A stretch of DNA of 64,000 bases from Tubiluchus corallicola (taxonomy: Eukaryota; Animalia; Priapulida), in NCBI GenBank assembly GCA_030141605.1, contig JAQGDQ010000098.1, positions 558,001-622,000 on the forward strand, written 5' to 3'. Shown here piece by piece: positions 13,850 through 23,700 of this stretch; the stretch's first letter is position 1; every line of letters starts with the position of its first letter. The notes beneath the pieces are model-generated. The model was not told the origin of the DNA. It saw only the letters and a list, made by a program, of their open reading frames with translations, and searched no databases. The position numbers were made by a program, and so were the translations under genes.

Positions 13850-14671
13850 GTGGGTTTAGAACAAAATTATTGAAATTAACACAACAAAATTTAAGTAAAA
13901 AACAGTTGCCAAAAACTACAATGATTTTAACCATACCAGCATTTTCAAGTGTTAGTTTATCTATGCTAAAGTAACTTAAAATTTCATAATATTATGGTGA
14001 GATTTCCCAACCATATGATTACTCCATGAGTTTACAATACTCCATGAGCAATTAATTAGCTTAGTAGTCTTTGCTTCAAGATTATTGTCAAAGATATTAG
14101 TCAGTTCTATTCAATCACCAGCCAGTAATTATTATTATTGTCCGTCATGTTGCTTTGATAAAGACTGTGCGTAGTCGAAGAACTAGAGGTACCATTTCTT
14201 AATCTCTGGTAGACTCCCCGGTCCACCCTCAGTGGGGAAATTAACCTTTGGTAGCCTGGTAGTGTAGGAAGCAAAAAATTCTACAACTAAACTATTATCA
14301 TTCTGATGGATTCTGGTTAGGCAATAAATCGATTGATCAAAATGTATGCACATTGCATACCATCAGCCTAGTTAACCTGGTGCATACGTTCGAACTGCTT
14401 GTGAGACTCTGGGTATCAAAATATATTTTTATAACTACTAGATGGCACGAACATGCAGCATGTGACCCGTGTTCGCATGAGGAAAACGTGCTTGTAATTT
14501 CGAAGGTTGAACAGTTGAATCTCATCAGTTATTAGATGTTTCTGTTCGTTTTTGTCAAATTTCTAGTGCAAAGTTCTTCAAATTTTTGTTTTTTGCTTCG
14601 CAGCTGTGTGTAATATTAGCTGCGTATTAAAACTCGTTTGGTGTGTTTATTTGTAGCCAGTCGACTTTTAA

Positions 14672-16231
14672 ATGGCAGATGAGGGCCAACTTGATCATGC
14701 AACACGTGAAGCACTAATGGTTGAGCAACAGAAAGCTCAGTTTCAGCTACAAGTGAGTTAATTGGTTTAGTTCGATTAGTAAAAACGGTTAACAGTATTC
14801 AATCATTTTCCTTTTGGAAAAACTTGATATAGAAATTTTTAGGTCCAGTAGGCAGTAGTACATGAGATGTAATCTGTTTGAAGCATTTCAAATTTCTAAA
14901 AAATTTAAAAGATTAGATAGCTACCTGGGTATACTGCTAAAATGTAGGTACATAACTCTGTTATTCTTTTCCTGATCTGCTACTGCAAACTGATGTCCTG
15001 CAATGATACATATCAATCAGGTAACTGCCATAAATCTAAAGATCTCTTAATACTACATAAATAAATTGAGCCTTTTCACAGTTTCATTGTGCGCACACAC
15101 ATTTGCTGCAGGTCAAAGTCAAAGGTTAAGTATAGCACAGTTTTGTGTGGACTTTACTTAATTATGCATTAGTTTGTGCATAGAGTGATTTATTAGCAGG
15201 ATCTTGCTTGGGATTAAGAAAAAAATGAACTAAATAAAGTTCTAGCTTATAAACTTATAGTATTACTATAGCTTGGGCTGTGAGGCATTGTCAAGTGTAC
15301 CAGAGATGCGCAGTTTTCACTTTCTCACATATCTGCAACCGCAAAATCTGCAGTTGTACATATCCGCATCCGCAAAATCCGCAGATTTATGTGACTTTTG
15401 AACATCTGCAAAATTTGCAAAAATGTAGACAAAAACTAGATTTGCTATGTAAGTCCTGTTGTTGAAAACTTTTTTAAATTAATCTAAAAGAATTCTAATG
15501 ACTAATCAATAGTAAATCACTAGCCAGACCCAGCAAATGAGCTTTCATGTTTAAAATGAGACAAAGAACAGTCTAGGATTAAATTTGTCAACAGAATTGT
15601 CTACCAAGTTCCCGCAATTAGTTCATTTAAAATAGACTTAAGCTTTGGAAAAATGGATTGTATTTACATACTCTAATCTGTAGTCATAATTAATATTGCA
15701 CCAGCATATTATTGGTAAGAATAGTTGTACCTGTTTAAAAGCTTTACTAACAAAATTTTTTGTTTACTTATTATTGATGTGTTGTTTTTTCCAGTATACT
15801 GCGATTCCAAAATTGTTGACTGCAAAACATTTATAGTTTTTATATTTATTAGATCTATTCTATTGTTTTTTAGGCTGTATTTAACTGAAAATGACGGTAA
15901 GTTAGCTGTTAAACATACCAAATAAGTTGCTCTGTGTCATATTTATAATGTCACTGGCTCCTTTGTTTATGATTAAATTCCCTTTTAACGAGAGTATATC
16001 ATTTAAATAAGTATTAGTAATTATAATACAGATAACAGATACGATATTAATATTTTTCAGGTTCATCGTCTTACTGATGTATGTTGGGAAAAATGCTTAG
16101 ACAAGCCACGTGATAAGCTGGACAGTAGAACTGAACAGTGTTTCACAAATTGCGTTGAACGATTTATTGATGTGTCTCTTCTCATATCAAATCGCTTTTC
16201 TCAGTTGATACAGCGATCTGTTCAGCATTAA
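14672..16231 (+). CDS. TIMM8: Mitochondrial intermembrane-space small TIM chaperone Tim8, 83 aa
   Basis: Exons 14672-14752 and 16061-16231 give [27 protein letters not shown]|[56 protein letters not shown]. Twin CX3C motif (CWEKC, CFTNC) plus the VERFID signature. Not present in the ORF track. Confidence 0.95.
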
Positions 16232-17419
16232 AGTCGCAATTATGTAATATCATCATCAGTAATCGAATTGGTCAGATTTCAGCCAAGAACATTGCCTTGC
16301 CATCAGTATTTACTGATTAGAACCTGGATGACGTCCTCCTACTGCAATTTAAAGAATTATATGCAAGGATGTGGTTTAGATTTGCTTTAAAATTTGTACA
16401 GCATATGTGCTTGTTTCACAGAGTTGTCTAAAAACATCCCAAAAGAAATTACTGGTTACAGTTATCAGATCTAAAGGTACCTTGTGATGCCTGCATTTGC
16501 ATTGAGAAATGCGCATGTGAAACATTAAACAAATGAGCCTACTATTATACAGAGGCTTGCAAAATCAATTTCTCTAGATTATTATTATTAGCATGTTGTG
16601 TGTGTTGAATAATTAACAACAGTTATTATTAATTAATATTTATAATTTTATTATTATTGTTTTCAAGTTGTTTATTGTACTATGCTTTCAATAATTTGTT
16701 TCTAAATAATTTTGCAATCCTGCTCAAAAACTTTTACAATTAAGCAAATTAAAAACACTAAGTGTTGCAATTTTCGCAATGACAGTGCACAGGTAAACAC
16801 AGACGATTACACTCGCATACAGCCGAATGCACTCTCTCTGTGTGTGCCATGAAAAGCTAATCACTCATACATTTACTTTAAAATAGGGGTGAACATCGAA
16901 CGTTCGCATACGTGTTTTTCAATGCGAATTAGATGCAAACCTAAAATGGATTCGAGTAATTCACCTCTTCAACTACATACATCTTTATAACTAAAGCGTT
17001 TGAAAAGCATGCAAACGGCGCAATTTAGCACAATTTTTAAACGACTTATTGGTATCTTTACTGCAGAACAAGACAAAGCAAAGTGCATGATCTCTGAGAA
17101 AACAGTTTTTGTTTACGACTAAAAAATTTATTCGAAATCTTTAAAATTAATTGATTATGAAAGATGCCTTACGGATTACTCCTTATGCCTTTGTCTATGT
17201 GAAACGGGCCTTAGGCGTCTATTTCCTATGAAAATCTACTAATGTTCAATGTTCTGTCAGTGTTCTGTCAAAAAGTAAAACACTGTGAACAGCAAAATAG
17301 ACGTGCATAACTAGACGAAAATTTGAACAGTGGTGTACACAACAACAAAGTCGGCTTTTTGCCAAGAAAGTGCATTGTCATTATTGTTATAAAGTAAGAA
17401 GTAAATTTATTCATTTAGA

Positions 17420-17607
17420 AGATACATGTAGCATTATAGCACAGGCGGATTTCGCATAATATGCTCGCGATGTACAGGATTTGTACCGCGATGTGGTTAC
17501 GCAATGCATGGGTGCTACTTAGTGCAGTTGATAAAGTAAAAGCAGCATGTCGCACCGTGCTGCCACTTATCAGGAAATAACATACTAATATCAACTGAAT
17601 CCATTTT
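17420..17607. ncRNA. Candidate structured non-coding RNA of unknown family
   Basis: Dense nested stems: GTAGCATT/GGTGCTAC, TCGCG..GTACA/TGTAC.CGCGA, CAGTTGATA/TATCAACTG and GCAGCATG/CGTGCTGC. G-U pairs favour the + strand. TATAAAG at 17388 and T4 at 17604-17607. No known family recognised. Confidence 0.3.
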
Positions 17608-17787
17608 AGACTACGTACTAGATATTGTAGAAAAATAGCGGTAAAAATAATTCGAGGCAATTACGGTCAAAAAAATTTCAATTAAAATAAGTTGTCACAA
17701 AATTTGAACTTGATAAATGGCCTCTTCTTCATAATTATTATGCCTTAAAAGTCTAAGCTAAAATCGTGGGCTCGACGGGATGTCAGC

Positions 17788-17833
17788 TGAACGTTCGAGA
17801 ACGGGGTTCGGGATTTGAAGAAAGTTCGTGATC
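17788..17833. promoter_or_regulatory. Heat-shock elements in the CpG-rich MRPL30 upstream region
   Basis: tGAAcgTTCgaGAAc (17788-17802) is a perfect nGAAnnTTCnnGAAn. aGAAagTTCgtGAtc (17819-17833) has one mismatch. Confidence 0.5.
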
Positions 17834-17975
17834 GAGGTTCGGGGTCGGCGTCGTAAATTAACGACCTCGATCATGCACGAGGCTCGCAGCTTTTTTAAGT
17901 TGTTTCGGTGTTTCCGCGGTGCCCCTCTATATGTAGTACGTACCTTGATCAACAGATGGTGCTGAAATTAGTAAA

Positions 17976-20287
17976 ATGGCATCCGCCATGGTAAGCATTT
18001 ATTTTCTTGGACTTCTTATTGTTTATTGATGATTCTTAAGTTTACTTACTACACAGACTTCACGTAATAATACAGTTAGGACTATGAGTTTGGGAGCTGT
18101 AAGTTTCACTACTAGGGTATAAGGCGAAGCATTACAGGATACAGTTTTCTTTTTGGCTTACTCCTTTACGATGTGGATATACAGGAGCCTGATACTTATT
18201 ACTATTACTTATTAGAATAGCCGCTGTGAATCGCCTGTAGATTAATGCGTAACAATGCATATCGTGCGCTTCAGATATTTTGGGGTCTCTAAATGGAACC
18301 TAAATGAAACATTAGTGTTTTTGAATATACTATTAATTTAATAATTGATTTCTACAAATCATTCAGTAAACAAATAAGTTTTACCAATTAATGAATGTGA
18401 GGAAATTAAGAAAGTGCAAGTTTGGGCATTCTAATTTTTATTCTATGCCAAGTTGATGTACACAGATTTAGGAATTGACACAAACATAGTTCATGCGTCT
18501 AACACACAATGCATGAGATATGGCAGTTTTAGAGTCTGCAGTATCGAATCAAAATCTGTAACTTTGTAATATCCTTCTCATGTTAAAGTGTTAATGATTC
18601 AAGGCACAAGTATTTTGAATTGTGCCTTCATTTTACTATTTTTCTCCATGACTGTCACCCCAAATTCACGCACTGCCTTAATTTGAAAAATTGCTGAAGC
18701 TGTTTAAGGGACAACTATTATGCCTTTTATACAATTATGGCACACTGCTCCTAATTCAGATTACTGATGAAATGAATAACACAAATCACAATTTTGGTAT
18801 CAAATTGTTTGTAAGACAGCACATTAGTACTTCATAATTTGATTAAGCTTATTCAATTTTTTTCTTTGCATAAGCCTAAAACATACATAACTCTTACATA
18901 CTAGTTACTTAGTAGCCTGCTTCATATGCAAAAAACCCTCATAGTCCGTAATCGAACTAAATAATTTAAAAAATTATTGTTTCTTTGTGGATCCCACGAA
19001 TTGTGGAGTTATTGTATATAGCTGGCAAATTTTGCAGAGTTGGGGCACCATTCTTTGTGGACCCAATATAAGTGGGTCCCTATCTCTGATTTGTGCACTT
19101 GCACAGTTACAGATACGTCTCTATGATGCTTTCTTACCAGTTCCATTTGTCTTAGAGGTTTTCAAAATGTTTCTTTCGTAATATAACTTGTTCAATGGTG
19201 CTCTAGACTGTAGTGCACCTGCACCAGCCATGCCCAATCTGTCATATCATGAATGACTGGCTTGTCATGAATGTATTAAGTTAATATAATAATTATTGTC
19301 AATTATGATTCAAATACTAAGGCTGGTGCAATATTATTTTTGCAGTCTTTTACTAAGACAAAGCTGATGTGGATCAGCCTATGCCACTGTGCTGCAAATT
19401 GTCCAGCTCGATGCTTCAGCACAACGTCAGTTCATCATTATTTATTTATAAAATCACGCCCCCAAAAAACAAGATATCCTAATTTTAAACGGCCACGAAA
19501 CATGAAAATCAATCTGGACGTGATGCCTTGGAAACCAGGCGAAGAGGTTAAACCGCCAGTTGATGAAAAATATGAAAAAGGAGGTCTAAATGATGATGAG
19601 AGAGGAGTGAAGCTGTACGCTGTATGGCGTCATCGTTCACTTAAGAAAAAAACCTGGATGGAACGAGAAGCATTGGAAGAGCTTGGCCTGGAGGATCAAG
19701 TTCGGGTAATATTTTTATTTTAATCAGGCTTATGAATTTATTTAGTTTTTTCAACAAAGTATGTTCAGATTATGGTTCTGTACATTGCTTTCCCACAAAC
19801 AAACACCTACATACTTTAATGAAAACAATTAGCTTTCGGTTTTAATATCTTTTTTGCATTAAGATGCTTTTCTTACACCCAAGAAAATCGCAGATGAAAA
19901 GGTTTTTGTGCACTTTTATGTGCAGAAGTGCATTTTCCTGGTTTAAAATTTTCGTGACTGTTTTTGTTTTTCCAGAGGGAAGAAATAGTAGTGCTGCCAA
20001 ATACTCCTTCCATACTAAAGAAACTCTGGCAGGTAAAGCATCTGGTAGAAATGGTTCCAATCACGTTTCCGTATGGTGAACCTGCAGAAGAGGACATCGA
20101 GCATGTGCTTTTAAAGCGCAATGGTGAAATGTTAGTGACAAAACAACTAAAAGTAGGAAAGCCAAACACGGAACATAGAAAGAAGGCAGTCACTAATGAT
20201 ATGATAAAAGACAAGGTGCGGACTCAGTGGGAATTTGGAGATCAGCGAATAGAAGAGTATGATCCAAAATTTTATTTGCGCAGATAA
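17976..20287 (+). CDS. MRPL30: Mitochondrial ribosomal protein uL30m, about 228 aa
   Basis: Exons 17976-17990 (MASAM|gtaagc), 19346-19705 and 19976-20287. Basic, presequence-like N-terminus. L30 core KLYAVWRHRSLKKKTWMEREALEELGL...VVLPNTPSILKKLWQVKHLVEMVPITFPYGEP. AATAAA at 20442-20447. Confidence 0.9.
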
Positions 20288-20778
20288 CGGCTGCCTACTT
20301 GTACTTAGTATGCAACAGAACTATTCACACAAAAACGTTTTAAACGTCTTCTCTGCGACCTTATCCAGTATTTCGACAATGTTCTGAAGGAAAAAGAAAA
20401 GTGAGATTTTGATGCATTCGTAACTAGAAATTTATTCTCAGAATAAAAGCATTAAATGTGCATTTGAAAATGAAGGCTTACACATGATTTTCATTTTAGA
20501 CTTTTATGTTAATTATTGATTAATTCAGCATTAGTTAACATGCTTAACAGCAACTGACACTAAAAGAAGGCCGTTGGTCCATAATAATTTCTGTTTGACA
20601 TAAAGTTGAGATTGTTACCTTCAACACTTAGTTTAAACACTAAAGTGCATTGCTATTGTAACGAATTCTAGTTATTTGCTTATTAGATAAGCATTTACAG
20701 TGTTTGACATTATATGCTGCAGTCTAAAGATCAGTATTCAGTTTAATTATGTCGTAACTTTGTAGATGGTACTCGCAT

Positions 20779-23700
20779 TCAAGATATTTTATTCTTTTCT
20801 GCAAACTCAGCACTAAGTATTTTCATCACCTCCTGATGCTTGGCATTTGCACGTTTTTTCACTGACCCGTAGTTCTCCTTGACATACATGGCAAATTTAC
20901 CCGGAGTCTTTTTCTCCTGGTTCGAGGATGATGGTGTCCCTGAGATCAAAAGTTCAAACCGTCCTTTGCACAAGCCACAAACTTTTTTTTTAATGTCTAT
21001 CGACTTGGAATGACGTCCAATTCTAAAATGAAGAGAAGATATAGAATTAGAAGGCACCAGTTGAAAGTCGACTGCTTTGAGCACAAAATAATTGAGCCGT
21101 ATTCTTTGAAAATTATGTAGTTGCTATACAGTATAATGCGTTTATAACGAGGCCTGTTATAACGAGCATCTAGTTATTACGAGGAAATTTCAAAGTCCCG
21201 CCAAATCTTAGACTCAAGTAATATATTTAAATCTTACAGCAAACTCTGATGGTATGAGATATTGCTTATTACGAGGAAATTTTCTGGCTGTGTGACTGCA
21301 TTCTACCCTGCATATAACGAGAGCAACTTCTAAAACAATGGTCAAATGGGCACCGTTCACCAAGAGCAAAAAATTATGGTGCACTGTGGTGGTTAATTTA
21401 TTGATCGCATTGATAAAACGATGTTATGTATATCAAGTACAGCACAATCATGTAGATGTGCTGGTCAGTCAGCTCAGCGACTACAAGTGCTGCTGTCCAC
21501 ACTGCAGTCAGAATGAAGAGAGCACAATGATTCAGAGAGAAAAAGAACCAGTTTGCCAACACATTAGGATGTTATCAATGTCTATTCTTAATTTATATTA
21601 ACGATCTTCCCACATGCAGCAACTTTCGAACCCGAATATTTGCCGATTACACTAATTTGTTCATGTCTGACTCCAATATAAATAATCTGCAAAAATCTGT
21701 TAATGACGAAATGAAAAAAATAGACCTGTGGATGAGGGCAAACCAGCTATCAATTAACTACAAAAAAACCAAATTTATGATAATCAACAATAAGCAAATT
21801 AACAATGCTAATAATCCAAAATTTCATATTATAATAAACAAACACAAAATTGAAGAAACAGACAACATCAAATACTTGGGCCTACTCATTGATAATAAAT
21901 TAACATGGGAACCACATATAAAACACATAACATACAAATTAAGTCGAATTACTGGAATAATTTTAAAAGTAAGGCACTACGTTGACCAATATATTCTGAA
22001 ACTTCTATATAATTCGTTAGTTTTCCCTTATTTACAATATTCCATCTTAACATGGGGTACAGCTTTTGCATCAACTCAAAAATTAATACAGACACAACAA
22101 AACAAAATAGTAAAATTAATAACTTTTGCTCGCAAATATGATCATGCTACACCATCGTTCGTAAAATTAAAAATTTTAAAAGTAAGAGATATTTACAATT
22201 TTGAGATGTTCAAATTTATGTATAAATTCAATGCTGGTTTATTACCCGAACTTTTTAGAGAATATTTCACTAATGTTTCTGATATACATTCCTACTCCAC
22301 AAGAGCTGCTTCTAATGAACAGTATTTTGTGGAGAGATTTTTTACCCGACATGGTTTCAATAGCTTAAAATCACGAGGAGTTAAATTATGGAACTCGTTG
22401 CCAAAAGATACCTTTGGCGGTAGCTTATTTTCTGCTTCCAAAAAATACACAAAATTCTTACTAAATGAATATACCTGTAATACATAACTTGTAAGACTAA
22501 TAAGCAAGCTATCAAGTGTGTTTTTTTCTTCTCATCTCCTAAGTAATTGTTGCTCTTTCTTATACTTACTTTTTCTCTTAAATTTTCTATATTACACTTT
22601 TTTTTGATACTTATTTTATCTCTCCATACAGTCAAAATCCCCTGTCAATAAGGCCCCTATATGAAAATATATATAATAATCATAATTACTTGTATTGTTT
22701 TGTTTAGATTTTGGTGTCATCTAACTTTATTATTTTTTGTTTTCACTTATACTGTTTTCATTTATACTTTGTTTTCATTTATACTGTTTATTATTATTAT
22801 TTCTTTTCCTATTTGATTTTGTTATCCGCAGTCTCACCAATGTTATCAGACGACAGTAAACTTAACAGCAGTCAAGTAATACTTGAATAAAGTGTCAACA
22901 ATAACAGAGTTTTTTTTAAATGAACTGTTCTGCTTTGCAAAATAAATAATACTGTGATTTTTCAAAGTTTATTTTTTTTAAAAAATACTGTTTTAAGTAA
23001 ATACAGTGATTTTAGATTAAATGGCACATTTGAGTCACACAAAATACTGTTCATCGAATTTGAACATACTACTTTGCATCATTTCTGAAGCCACACATTG
23101 TACATTATTTATACAACTTTGTCATTAATAAATGCTTGTTCATCTAGTAATCACACACGTATGATTAGCAGCGTATGCTTGCAGACTACCTCGGTTACAG
23201 AGTAATTTTTTTTGGGTCCCTAGCAGGTTCGTTATAATGATGTTATACTGTACGTTTCACCTTTCCTTGAACAAATAAATATAAGCGATAAAATTTATAA
23301 ATGTTTCATTTGTATAAACTAATGCCTTTGAACCCGACACATCCCAGACTTCCAGTGCTACATTATTTCCAATGGAGCATGGATTCCAATGGAAACAACG
23401 ATTTCTCCAGTGTTGCATTTTCATGGAATGCATCGTAAGCAAGGACTCGCTGTACCCAAAAACCACAAAAAAACATCTCAAACTATTCTTCCATGGAAAT
23501 TTGTTGTGATAATGCATTCTAAGGAGAAAGTTTAGTAAGACTGTACAGTACTTACTGATATGAACACTGCGTACACCTGTAGATAAACTTTGTGTTAATT
23601 GTATAATCGTGGCATCGGCTAATGGGAGACAATTCAGGCAGTCTCAACATTGCAATTTGTGTCCTGTAATGATAAAATGATATACTGTGCTGCTCCTTAT

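Noticed and set aside
17740-17749. ATGCCTTAAA matches the recalled 5' end of U12 snRNA
   Set aside because: The branch-point-binding GUAAGGAAA segment and a downstream Sm site are absent on this strand; a 10-mer match is plausible by chance.
17828-17875. Stem with two paired GATC motifs and a downstream T6, reminiscent of 7SK or vault RNA
   Set aside because: Too short for 7SK, no terminal stem or proper A/B-box layout for vault RNA, and several of the GTTCG words are explained by HSEs.
17758-17952. 64-aa minus-strand ORF over the MRPL30 promoter
   Set aside because: Non-ATG start and no recognisable domain; expected in GC-rich sequence.
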